Of a stretch of 64,000 nucleotides of DNA, positions 47,202 to 56,325 are shown piece after piece (position 1 is the first letter of the stretch; every line of letters begins with the position of its first letter). The stretch is taken from the NCBI GenBank assembly GCA_029260905.1, contig JAJDCH010000010.1, positions 13,027-77,026 of the forward strand. Reading direction: 5' to 3'. The notes beneath the pieces were generated by a model. That model did not search any database, was not told the origin of the DNA, and saw only the letters and a list, made by a program, of their open reading frames with translations. Source of the stretch: Candidatus Levyibacteriota bacterium (GTDB lineage Bacteria > Patescibacteriota > Microgenomatia > Levybacterales > UBA12049). The translations under genes were made by a program, and so were the position numbers.

Positions 47202-48290
47202 CTATTCCCAGCGGAAAGTGCGGGCCGCAAGCGCATACATCAAAATCCCCCAAATAGAAAGTCCTGCTATGAATTTATCTGTATCGCCTAGGCTTCCTCC
47301 TTCAGCTGTAATTATTCTAATTGCCTGATTGAAGTACGAGAGTGGAAGATTGTTAGCAATTGGTTGGAGCCATGATGGAAGATTTTCAACTGGAAAGAAT
47401 GTTCCACTTAACAAAAGCTGAGGAAGTGTAATGAGATTAACTAATGGACCTGCTGAATTTTCATCATTGGCAAGACCAGCAAAAAAATATCCAAATCCGA
47501 GAAAAGCTATTAGTCCAATTGTTGTAATTATCATTATGTTCCAAAAGGTCTGAAATCCATGCGGGAGATAAAAACCAAATGCATAGATACCTATTCCAAG
47601 AATTATTACTGTTTGAGTAAGGGCTATGATAAGCCTGCTTGTTCCTTGTCCTAGAAGAAGAGATAGAGGGCGTGCTGGTGTTGCAAAAAGTCTTTTCAGA
47701 ACAAGTGTTTTTTTGAGATATACTATTCCAAAAACAGTCCCAAAGATTGCGGTTGACAAAAGAGCAAATCCTATTTGCCCTGGAAGAGCAAAATCAATAT
47801 AGCGAAATTGTCTGCCAGATAATTCTTTTTTGAATAAAGTGAGATAGGGTTTTTCAATTCCAGCAATCCTTAGATTCGTTTCATCTATAAGCCCTCGCAT
47901 TATTGACTCGATAGCTTGAGCTTGCTGGGGATTGGCAACTGATGTTGTAATTGTTACATCATGTGGTTGCATTTCGATAATTCCTGATAATTTTCCTTGG
48001 ACAAGTTCTTGTTCGAGAACTGATTTTTTATCTGTTTTCAGCTTCATGTATGATTGTTCTTCAATCACTGTTAGTATTTGATTTGGTTCTGTGCTGTCAG
48101 GAATGCCGATGGTTAGGGTCTGGGTACTGTTGCCAATCAGACCAAAGATAGTTATGAAAACAACCGGAAAAATAAATCCAAATGCAAATGTTGCAGGATT
48201 TCTAGTTTGGGCGATAAGCGAATACCAAGTCATTGCAAGATAGGCTCTTATCTGATTTGTTTCTTTTAATTTGTTTTTTTGTCTGCTCAT
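47202..48290 (-). CDS. ABC-2 type exporter permease
   Basis: 'YIDFALPG', 'LSGTFFPVENLPSWLQ'. Confidence 0.9.
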   Translation of the reverse strand: MSRQKNKLKETNQIRAYLAMTWYSLIAQTRNPATFAFGFIFPVVFITIFGLIGNSTQTLTIGIPDSTEPNQILTVIEEQSYMKLKTDKKSVLEQELVQGKLSGIIEMQPHDVTITTSVANPQQAQAIESIMRGLIDETNLRIAGIEKPYLTLFKKELSGRQFRYIDFALPGQIGFALLSTAIFGTVFGIVYLKKTLVLKRLFATPARPLSLLLGQGTSRLIIALTQTVIILGIGIYAFGFYLPHGFQTFWNIMIITTIGLIAFLGFGYFFAGLANDENSAGPLVNLITLPQLLLSGTFFPVENLPSWLQPIANNLPLSYFNQAIRIITAEGGSLGDTDKFIAGLSIWGILMYALAARTFRWE

Positions 48291-48291
48291 G

Positions 48292-49092
48292 CTACTCGTC
48301 TCTTAAATGTCTGCCAGTAAGATCTAGAAAAACATCCTCTAGTGTTGCATTCTGACGGGATATTTTTTTCTTAAAACCTTTTGCAAGTAAATCCTTTACA
48401 AGTTTTTTGGGCTTATCAATCTTTAAAATTTTTCCACCATCCATGATGGCTACTCTGTCACAAAGCTTTTCTGCCTCTTCCATGTAGTGAGTTGTAAGGA
48501 CTATTGTTGCGCCTGTTTTTTTAATATCACTTACCATTTCCCAGAGATTCAGTCTTGCCTGTGGGTCAAGTCCGGTTGTTGGTTCGTCAAGAAAAACAAT
48601 TTTTGGTTTGTTAATCAGAGTTGTAGCTATTGAGAATCTTTGTTTTTGTCCGCTAGATAAATTGTCAGCATAACTGTCAGCTTTTTCAATCAGGTTAACT
48701 TTTTCTAGCATTTTTTCAGCATCAACATTTGTGTCATAAAAAGCTCCAAACATCTTGAGAAGTTCAGTTAATTTTAATTGCGGGTAGAAATTTGATGATT
48801 GTAGTTGAATTCCTATTTGAGATTTTACCTCCCAAGGATTTTTTAATGTATCAAATCCATCTACTGTAACTGTGCCGTCTGTTTGCTCCTGTAGAGTTTC
48901 GATTATTTCAATTGTTGTTGTTTTTCCTGCGCCATTTGGACCTAGAATTCCAAAGATTTCTCCTTTTTTTACAGAAAATGAAATGTTATCAACTGCCTTG
49001 AAGTCGCCAAATTTTTTAATAAGATTTGAAACCTGTATTATGCTGCCATCACTGATTATCCTTTTTCTGCGGGCTTTTCTGCCAATTGCCAT
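48292..49092 (-). CDS. ABC exporter ATP-binding protein
   Basis: 'GPNGAGKTT', 'LSSGQKQR', 'LDEPTTGLDP', 'TTHYM'. Confidence 0.95.
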   Translation of the reverse strand: MAIGRKARRKRIISDGSIIQVSNLIKKFGDFKAVDNISFSVKKGEIFGILGPNGAGKTTTIEIIETLQEQTDGTVTVDGFDTLKNPWEVKSQIGIQLQSSNFYPQLKLTELLKMFGAFYDTNVDAEKMLEKVNLIEKADSYADNLSSGQKQRFSIATTLINKPKIVFLDEPTTGLDPQARLNLWEMVSDIKKTGATIVLTTHYMEEAEKLCDRVAIMDGGKILKIDKPKKLVKDLLAKGFKKKISRQNATLEDVFLDLTGRHLRDE

Positions 49093-49136
49093 TTGGTCAT
49101 TGTACCACGAACAAGCCTAGAAGAAAAGGGAGGTTA

Positions 49137-49772
49137 TTATTTTTTTGCAGCTTTTTCTTCAAGAAATTTTTTACCATGGCCAACTGTGGTATTTATCGGG
49201 ATGTTGGATTTGCAAAGCGGGCATTCATTATCGGTATAAGATGGAACTTCATAGACTGCAAGAGATGAAAAAGGCGCACCCATCATTTTTTCGGTTACAA
49301 GATTTGGATCGCGGTTTACCATTACACAAACTTCGACTATGTTTCCCCCAGTTCGTCTAACCATATTGACTACTTTTTTGACAGATCCACCGGTTGTGGT
49401 GAGATCTTCGACTATCAAAACATTTTTTCCATTTACCAATTTGTCATAACCCCTTGTAAATATTTGATTTTTCTCAGTATCTTTTTCTGTGTAAACACCA
49501 AGAACTTCTTTCTGTTTTAATTTGGACAAATGATACGCGACCCAAGTTGAAAGAATAATTCCACCTAGCGCTGGTCCGACTACCACATCTATGTCTTGAT
49601 CCTTATACTTTTTAGCAAATAATTCTCCTATTCGAGATGTTTCAGTAGTGTGCGGATAGAGAGCGTCTTTATTTATGTATGCTGCAAAATGGCGTCCTGA
49701 TGTACCAACAAAATGACTATCAGCAATTATGGCCTGTGTTTTTTTTAGTATTTCAATAACCTCGTCGTTCAT
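49137..49772 (-). CDS. pyrE: orotate phosphoribosyltransferase
   Basis: 'SGRH', 'GPALGG', PRPP motif 'VEDLTTTGGS'; adjacent to pyrF. Confidence 0.88.
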   Translation of the reverse strand: MNDEVIEILKKTQAIIADSHFVGTSGRHFAAYINKDALYPHTTETSRIGELFAKKYKDQDIDVVVGPALGGIILSTWVAYHLSKLKQKEVLGVYTEKDTEKNQIFTRGYDKLVNGKNVLIVEDLTTTGGSVKKVVNMVRRTGGNIVEVCVMVNRDPNLVTEKMMGAPFSSLAVYEVPSYTDNECPLCKSNIPINTTVGHGKKFLEEKAAKK

Positions 49773-49779
49773 AAAAGTA

Positions 49780-50580
49780 TTAAATACGAAACTTATTTAT
49801 TTCGTCTCTTAGTTTTTCTGCTTCTTGTTTGGGATTTTCTGCAAAGATTATACTTCTTGAAGCATTGATTATCAAGCCTTTCTTTTGGGAGTTTATTCCG
49901 GCTTTTACAAATCTCTCAGCTGTTCCGCCTTGTGCGCCAATGCCTGGGACAAGAAGAGTCATGTCGCCAGCAATCTGTCGAATTTCAGCTAGTTCTGTAG
50001 GATAAGTAGCGCCAACTACTAGTAAGCAATTATTTAATTTATTCCAATCAGTTGCAACGTTTTTTGCAATAATTTGATAAAGGGGTTTTCCATCAACGAG
50101 TAGATTTTGAAATTCTTCTGAGCCTTTATTGGAACTTTTGCACCAAATAATCAATCCTTTATCTGGAATATCCAAAAATGGCTGCAATCCAACTTTTCCA
50201 ACGTATGGATTAAGTGTTACTGCGTCAGCTCCTATATAATCAAAGGCATAATTGATGTAGCCCAAATTGGAGCTGTCTATATCGGCTCTTTTGAAGTCCA
50301 AAATGATGGGAATCTCTGGATAGTTTTTCCGTAGATAATCACAAGTCATTTTCAGCTCATGTATTCCCTGCTCGCCTCTTGCTTCGTAAAATGCAGAGTT
50401 GGGTTTAAACGCACAGATAAGATCAGTCGTTGCGTCAATTATTTTTTTATTAAATTCAAATTGCGGATTATTTTGGGTTTTTATTTTTTCTGGAAGCTTG
50501 TCTAAATCAGGATCAAGCCCCACACAAAGAAGTGAGTTATTCTTGTCAATCACTTTGTCTAATTTTTGTTGAAATGTCAT
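49780..50580 (-). CDS. pyrF: orotidine-5'-phosphate decarboxylase
   Basis: 'LCVGLDP', 'FKPNSAFYE', 'DFKRADI', 'LVPGIGAQGG', 'SRSII'. Confidence 0.95.
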   Translation of the reverse strand: MTFQQKLDKVIDKNNSLLCVGLDPDLDKLPEKIKTQNNPQFEFNKKIIDATTDLICAFKPNSAFYEARGEQGIHELKMTCDYLRKNYPEIPIILDFKRADIDSSNLGYINYAFDYIGADAVTLNPYVGKVGLQPFLDIPDKGLIIWCKSSNKGSEEFQNLLVDGKPLYQIIAKNVATDWNKLNNCLLVVGATYPTELAEIRQIAGDMTLLVPGIGAQGGTAERFVKAGINSQKKGLIINASRSIIFAENPKQEAEKLRDEINKFRI

Positions 50581-51650
50581 CTGTTTTTAGTTTCTTTTAT
50601 TTCTTGTGCTAGATATGGATTCCACATGACACCTGTTACGCTAGTTACTGCATCAGCTCCGGATTCCATAAATAATTTATAATGGCTGGCATTAAAGACT
50701 CCTCCAGTTCCTATTATCTTGTAATCAAATTTATTTTTTTTCCTTATTGACCTAAGATCTTTTATCATTTCAATACTCAGATGTCTTATGCAGTCTCCGC
50801 TTACACCAGCTTTTCCAAATCTTGGTTCATCCATTAGTATCGGATTTTTATTTTCATCAACGATTTTTGCCTGAATTGTATTTATAGCTGAATATGCATC
50901 AACATATTCAGCTGTTGCCCTGATCAGATCTTCCAAAATTTTTTTATCTTTAAAGTATGCGAGCTTTACTATGATTTTCGTATCCCCTATTTCTTTTTTT
51001 ACCTCAGATATAATTTTCTTCATCCTTTTAACATCAAAACACAACAGGCTTGTCTTGCCTGCATTCGGACAACTGGTATTCATCTCAATAAGATCAACAC
51101 CCGTTTCTTTTATGAGTCTTGCTCCCTTGGTCCAGCTTTTAAGAAATAGGGCAAAGTCAGAATCGGGAATAGCCTCATAGCTACAGATAAGTACTTGACC
51201 TTTTCTAAGATAGTCTAGGACGCTACGAAGATCTTTTTGCCAAACACCTGGTTCAAATGAAGGATTATTAAAAGAGTTGATGATATTTAAAGGTTCATAA
51301 TATTTATTTGTTCCAACCACTCCTGCTTGAGCTTTATCAATACTGAGGTTTCCTTTTATTTCCGATGCGGCAAGTATATTTGGAAATTTATTGGAAGGAT
51401 ATTTTTCAGGTCTTACTGTTTTGTGGGTTACGATATCAAACCCCTTATCAAGCGCTGCTTTTACAAATCTGCCGTTATAGAGTGGCCCTGCTCCTATTCC
51501 AAACGGAAGATAGACTTTATGACCTAAAAAGTCGTAAGCCGGCTCGCCATGATCTTTAATAACTTTTCCATCAGCAAACGCGCCAAATGGACCATTTTTA
51601 TAGTTATCATCAAAAGTTTTTTCTGGATCGTAAAAAGGTGTGTGTAGCAT
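50577..51650 (-). CDS. pyrD: divergent dihydroorotate dehydrogenase-like FMN enzyme
   Basis: 'GIGAGP', 'KT', 'EMNTSCPN', 'AINT', 'GVSG', 'IIGTGGV'; the usual 'NxxG' substrate motif appears as 'NSFN'. Confidence 0.75.
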   Translation of the reverse strand: MLHTPFYDPEKTFDDNYKNGPFGAFADGKVIKDHGEPAYDFLGHKVYLPFGIGAGPLYNGRFVKAALDKGFDIVTHKTVRPEKYPSNKFPNILAASEIKGNLSIDKAQAGVVGTNKYYEPLNIINSFNNPSFEPGVWQKDLRSVLDYLRKGQVLICSYEAIPDSDFALFLKSWTKGARLIKETGVDLIEMNTSCPNAGKTSLLCFDVKRMKKIISEVKKEIGDTKIIVKLAYFKDKKILEDLIRATAEYVDAYSAINTIQAKIVDENKNPILMDEPRFGKAGVSGDCIRHLSIEMIKDLRSIRKKNKFDYKIIGTGGVFNASHYKLFMESGADAVTSVTGVMWNPYLAQEIKETKNR

Positions 51651-51651
51651 A

Positions 51652-52632
51652 TTATTTTATTCCCATTGCTTTTCTTCCGTTTATTGTCGCGACTTTAACT
51701 ATTTCTTCAATATCAAACCAGCGGTTTGCTTCCATCAGGAGTCTAAGGTCATTCCACATATTTCCATCATTCATGGGCTTGAAGATATCATAAAGATTAT
51801 CAATTCCTATCGCAACTGGTATGCCAAATTTTGTCAGCTCATCAGCTGGAGTTATGGAATTGTGAGTTGGTGTCATTACTTCGCTTCTCCAACCATCTAT
51901 CCAAGACATTGGATTTGCTACCATTATCATTTTCGCTTTTTTCATCTGTTTGTAGACTTCTTCTCTTTCTTTTCTTGGTCTGGCTGCAATTGATATTCCA
52001 TGTATGCCGACAACTTTTTCTTCCATTCCATATTCAATTGTTTTTCTGGCAAGTAGTTCTGTCTCATGTTCTTCGGGGATGTTCAGCTCATCAACATGCA
52101 TGTGAACCATTTTATTTTTTTCTTTTGCAGTCTTAAGAATTATGTCTATATGTTCTTCTTCATGTGGTGAATCTGTTTTAACTGTGCTTCCGATGATGTC
52201 AGCAAAATCAGCTCCCACCTCAAACCAGTCTCTATTTTCTTTTTTCAAAACACCATAAGTCGGAAGACAAATGTATTTTATTAATATTTGCGATTTGTAT
52301 GCATCCCTTGCTTTCTCTGCTGCTTTTATTGCTTTGTCTTTTACATCCGGTGTTACATCTATAAAAGAAACAGTTGCAGTAACATCTTGTTCAATCATCA
52401 GCTCAAGTGATTTTGCAATACGGTCATAAATCTGATCAACAGTTGAGTTTTTTCTGATGTCTTTGTTTAGAAGCCATTTTTGATCACGTTTCTTGTTAAC
52501 TAATTTGAAAAGCTCAGGTGTGACAGTATAGGATCTATCAAAATGCGCATGGGCATTGACCCATCCCCCATTCTCTTTAATTTTTTGAAGAATTATTTCT
52601 TTTAAGTTTAAATAGTCAATTTTATTAGTCAT
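51652..52632 (-). CDS. metal-dependent amidohydrolase, cytosine-deaminase-like
   Basis: 'NAHAHFD', 'HMHVDE', 'IHG', 'GIDN'. Confidence 0.85.
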   Translation of the reverse strand: MTNKIDYLNLKEIILQKIKENGGWVNAHAHFDRSYTVTPELFKLVNKKRDQKWLLNKDIRKNSTVDQIYDRIAKSLELMIEQDVTATVSFIDVTPDVKDKAIKAAEKARDAYKSQILIKYICLPTYGVLKKENRDWFEVGADFADIIGSTVKTDSPHEEEHIDIILKTAKEKNKMVHMHVDELNIPEEHETELLARKTIEYGMEEKVVGIHGISIAARPRKEREEVYKQMKKAKMIMVANPMSWIDGWRSEVMTPTHNSITPADELTKFGIPVAIGIDNLYDIFKPMNDGNMWNDLRLLMEANRWFDIEEIVKVATINGRKAMGIK

Positions 52633-52645
52633 AATTTATTAATAA

Positions 52646-53581
52646 TTAGTTTAGCATATTCATGAGAAAAAGCATTAGTGATTTTTGTACGTGGAGTCTG
52701 TTTTCTGCTTCTTCAAAGACAACTGATTGTGGTCCATCTATCACATCAGCAGCTATCTCATATCCTCGGTATGCAGGGAGACAATGCATAAAGATTGCAT
52801 CTTTTTTGGCAAAATGCATCAGAGTAGAATTTATCTGATAAGGCTTAAATATTTTGAGTCGTTTATCCTTCTCTGCCTCACTTCCCATACTAACCCACGT
52901 ATCTGTCACTACTACATCAGCTCTGCTAACTGCAAGTTTTGGATCATTTGTCTCAAATATTTTTGTTTTTGTTTTTTCTGAGATTTTTTTTGCCCTTTTT
53001 ACAATATCGTGATTCATCTCAAATCCTTTAGGACTGGCCAAGGAAAAATTTATCCCAAGCATCATCGCCCCAAGTAGCATGGTGTGGGTAACGTTATTAT
53101 TTCCATCTCCAACAAATCCGATTGTAAGTCCTTTTAATTTTTTCTTTTTTTCAAGAATTGTCTGGAAGTCTGCTAAGATTTGGCACGGATGTTCTAAATC
53201 TGATAGCGCGTTTATGACAGGAACTGATGAATTTTTTGCAAGTTTAACAATTGATTCATGAGAAAAAGTCCGTGCCATGATGATGTCTGACATGCTGGAT
53301 GTAACGCGAGCTACATCTTCAATCGATTCTCTTTTTCCAAGGCCAATGTCAGTTGGTCCCAGATAAATTGCATGTCCTCCTAGTTGAGTCATCCCAATCT
53401 CAAATGAAAGTCTTGTGCGAAGGCTTGGTTTTTCAAAAATCATTACCAAAGTTTTGTTTTTTAGATACTCTGTTGCTTTTTTGCTTGATTTTAATTTTTG
53501 TTTTAGCTTTATGGAATTTTTTAGAATAGAGAGGATTTCTTTTTCTGTGAGGTCAGTAATTGATACTAAGTGTCTAATCAT
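52646..53581 (-). CDS. argF: ornithine carbamoyltransferase
   Basis: 'SLRTR', 'HPCQ', 'DTWVSMG', 'HCLP' (OTC signatures, not ATCase). Confidence 0.93.
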   Translation of the reverse strand: MIRHLVSITDLTEKEILSILKNSIKLKQKLKSSKKATEYLKNKTLVMIFEKPSLRTRLSFEIGMTQLGGHAIYLGPTDIGLGKRESIEDVARVTSSMSDIIMARTFSHESIVKLAKNSSVPVINALSDLEHPCQILADFQTILEKKKKLKGLTIGFVGDGNNNVTHTMLLGAMMLGINFSLASPKGFEMNHDIVKRAKKISEKTKTKIFETNDPKLAVSRADVVVTDTWVSMGSEAEKDKRLKIFKPYQINSTLMHFAKKDAIFMHCLPAYRGYEIAADVIDGPQSVVFEEAENRLHVQKSLMLFLMNMLN

Positions 53582-55191
53582 CAGGCTTTGCTTGCAACCA
53601 GTTTTTCAATAAAATCTTTGGCAACAGTTACTGAGGTTATGAGTTGGGCGTTTTTCTCAACTGCTTTATGTCTTATTATTTTTCCATCAGATGAAATATC
53701 TTTTGTGCCGGTTGGGATATTTATAATCAGATCAAATCTGCCTGCATTTAAAAGATCAGCAAGATTTGGTTTGAGATTTGGAGTTGAAATTTTATTGATC
53801 AAAATTGCTTCAATTTTGTTGGTTTTGAGGAATTTGTGAGATTTGTATGTTGCGTACAGTTTGTATCCAAGCTTGTAGAGTTTTTTAATTTCTGGCAAAA
53901 GTTTTATCTTATTTGCCCTTTTACCAATTGAGATGAGTGCTGTATGTTCTCTTTGTTGAGCTTTGACCATTTGAGAGGTGTAATGTTCGATGAAAGGAGC
54001 TGATGCGTTTTGATTAAATTCTTGTGAGCTTTCCATGAAAGTTGCAAGCTTCTCATCAAAAATTGTGTTTGGAGTTTCTAGGGCAACTGCTTCAACATGT
54101 CCCTTAAAGAGTTTCATTGTCACGACTCCAGTTACTTTTTCGTTTGTTTTATCAATAAAAGCATTCAGGCTATCCATGAGTGGTTCGTTCCAAAGCGCGC
54201 CGTATGTGAGATATCCCCATTCTTGATCAATAAGTGTCTTGAATTTATTCTCCCTCATGGTTGATGTATATTGTTCAAGTGCCTGATGCGCTCTTATCAA
54301 GGTCTCAGCAGCTGGTGCTTCATAGACACCTCTTATCTTTAGCCCTATTACCCGGTCCTCAATGCTATGAACTATCCCTACTGCATGGTCCCCTGCCCGC
54401 TTATTAAGTTCAATGATAATGTCTTTTAGTGATTTTGGTTTGCCATCAAGAGCAACAGGCACTCCCTTTACAAATTCAATTTTGATAAGTTCTGGTTCGT
54501 TTTTTGCGTTTTCAGGAGTCTTGGTAATTTGAAGAATCTTTTCAAGTGGTGGTACAATTGCAGGATTTTCGATTTCTCCACCCTCTGCAGTCACTCCCCA
54601 CATGTTGTCGTCATATGAATAAGGCTTATCAGTTGTTTGTTTGACAGGGATGCCGTGTTTTTTGCAGTATTCAAGTTGCTCTGTTCTACCCATTCCCCAT
54701 TCCCTAACTGGTGCCAGGATTTTGATATCAGGATTGTACGCAAGTGCTGCTCCTTCAATCCTGACCTGATCAGTCCCCTTGCCTGTACATCCGTGAGCTA
54801 TAGCATCTGCTCCCTCAATTGCTGCAATCTTTACAACTATTTTTGCAAAAAGATAACGACTGATTGTTGAAACATGATAAGTTCCTTGATACATCAAGTT
54901 TGCCTTGATTGCCATTGAAAGATAATCATCGGCAAATTCATCTTTTGCATCAATAACCATTGCCTTTATAGCGCCTAGCTTGAGAGCTTTCTTGCGAGCT
55001 TCTTCAAGATCGTCTGTTTGCTGCCCGACATCTATTGTTACAGCTATGACTTGTGCTTTGTATTCGTCCTGAATCCATTTGAGCATAGTTGAGGTATCAA
55101 GTCCTCCTGAGTAAAGCAGAACAACTTTTTTGACTTCTCCCTTCCTCCCTTCATATGAAGCAACTTTAGTGTAGGTGGTTGTTTTTTTCAT
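53581..55191 (-). CDS. argG: argininosuccinate synthase with a C-terminal MGS-like domain
   Basis: 'LYSGGLDTS', 'HGCTGKGTDQVR', 'YEAPAA'; extra ~120 aa containing 'LYAT..S..FL', 'DLIINIP', 'DGKIIR..AV'. Confidence 0.92.
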   Translation of the reverse strand: MKKTTTYTKVASYEGRKGEVKKVVLLYSGGLDTSTMLKWIQDEYKAQVIAVTIDVGQQTDDLEEARKKALKLGAIKAMVIDAKDEFADDYLSMAIKANLMYQGTYHVSTISRYLFAKIVVKIAAIEGADAIAHGCTGKGTDQVRIEGAALAYNPDIKILAPVREWGMGRTEQLEYCKKHGIPVKQTTDKPYSYDDNMWGVTAEGGEIENPAIVPPLEKILQITKTPENAKNEPELIKIEFVKGVPVALDGKPKSLKDIIIELNKRAGDHAVGIVHSIEDRVIGLKIRGVYEAPAAETLIRAHQALEQYTSTMRENKFKTLIDQEWGYLTYGALWNEPLMDSLNAFIDKTNEKVTGVVTMKLFKGHVEAVALETPNTIFDEKLATFMESSQEFNQNASAPFIEHYTSQMVKAQQREHTALISIGKRANKIKLLPEIKKLYKLGYKLYATYKSHKFLKTNKIEAILINKISTPNLKPNLADLLNAGRFDLIINIPTGTKDISSDGKIIRHKAVEKNAQLITSVTVAKDFIEKLVASKA

Positions 55192-55272
55192 TTTCGTATA
55201 TTCTTAGTTTAAAATCTTTAAAAAGATATATTTTGGTGTTAAAAAAGTCTAATTTTTTCTTATTCTTATGCT

Positions 55273-55321
55273 ATTTTAGAGAATTCTGGTTAATATGTCA
55301 ATAAATCATTATTTTGACATA
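55273..55321 (-). promoter_or_regulatory. promoter of the argG-pyrE operon with an inverted repeat over the -35 box
   Basis: Minus strand TTGACA-17-TAAAAT; IR tatgtcaa (55294-55301), 12 nt, ttgacata (55314-55321). Confidence 0.65.
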
Positions 55322-55339
55322 GTTTGGAGAGTGGAGATT

Positions 55340-56290
55340 TTAAGATTGTTTTTCTGCAGCGGTTATGAGGTTTTCCATTAGTTTTGCTACATTTACAGGT
55401 CCGACTCCGCCAGGTGTTGGTGTATAGTATCCAGCGATATCTTTTATTTTTTCTACATCATAATCGCCTTTTAATTTTCCGTCTTCTCCCCGTAGTATAC
55501 CAACTCCCACAAGTATCACGCCTTTCTTGATTTTTTCAGGAGTAATTATATTTTCCCGTCCGACTGCCCCCGCTATGATATCTGCATGCCTCATTATTTC
55601 ATCTGGATTTACAGTCTTGCTGTCAATGAGTGTAAACGGCACATCAAGTTTCTTCAGGTAGTCCATGATAGGCCCCCCACCGGTCGGGCCTTTGCCGAGG
55701 ATAATTATTTTTTGGCTTTTGAGCCAAGAAAAGAAATCCGAATTTCGAATATCGAAACTCGAAACAATATCAGAATTATAATTTTCAAAGCTCAAAGCAT
55801 TTTCATCATTTGTATTTTGATTATTTAAATTTGTTTCGGATTTCGGATTTTGTGCTTCAAATTTGAAATATATTTCCTCCAAAATTCTAACTACAGCTAG
55901 TGGCAGCGGTAGTGTGTATGGTGAGTTAGGGTGAAATCCGTCAATATCTTTTTCAGGGTTTGTCGACATTTCAAGTTTTTCAACATTTATTTGATCGGGA
56001 AGTGGTCGTTGGATTAGTATTCCATGAACAGCTGAGTCATCATTTAGTTTATTTAATTTATCAAGTAGCTCATCAGTTGTCACTGTAGTTGGGTAATCTA
56101 GAAGTGTAACCCTGGCACCTATTTCCTCGCCTTTTTTTTGCTTGAGTGCTACGTATGCAACCGATGCAGGATTTTCTCCAACTAAAAACACTACTAAATG
56201 AGGTATTATATTTTTTTTATTTAACTCCCCTACTCTTTTTTTTAATTTTGCATAGATTTTTTCAGCTATTTCTTTCCCGCTTATTTTCAT
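55340..56290 (-). CDS. folD: bifunctional methylene-THF dehydrogenase/cyclohydrolase with an internal insertion
   Basis: 'HGILIQRPLP', 'KDIDGFHP', 'TPTPGGVGP'. Confidence 0.92.
   Translation of the reverse strand: MKISGKEIAEKIYAKLKKRVGELNKKNIIPHLVVFLVGENPASVAYVALKQKKGEEIGARVTLLDYPTTVTTDELLDKLNKLNDDSAVHGILIQRPLPDQINVEKLEMSTNPEKDIDGFHPNSPYTLPLPLAVVRILEEIYFKFEAQNPKSETNLNNQNTNDENALSFENYNSDIVSSFDIRNSDFFSWLKSQKIIILGKGPTGGGPIMDYLKKLDVPFTLIDSKTVNPDEIMRHADIIAGAVGRENIITPEKIKKGVILVGVGILRGEDGKLKGDYDVEKIKDIAGYYTPTPGGVGPVNVAKLMENLITAAEKQS
55733..55864. repeat. palindromic heptamer element (MITE/RPE-like) inserted in frame in folD
   Basis: Left arm aaatccg aatttcg aatatcg aaactcg aaacaat; right arm reverse complement aaatttg aagcaca aaatccg aaatccg aaacaaat. 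Confidence 0.85.
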
Positions 56291-56325
56291 AGATTTATTA
56301 TAGCTTATTATTGTATAATTGGCAC

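Noticed and set aside
52646-53581. Aspartate carbamoyltransferase (pyrB), suggested by the pyr context
   Set aside because: It has the OTC-specific SMG loop and HCLP, not the ATCase HPLP signature.
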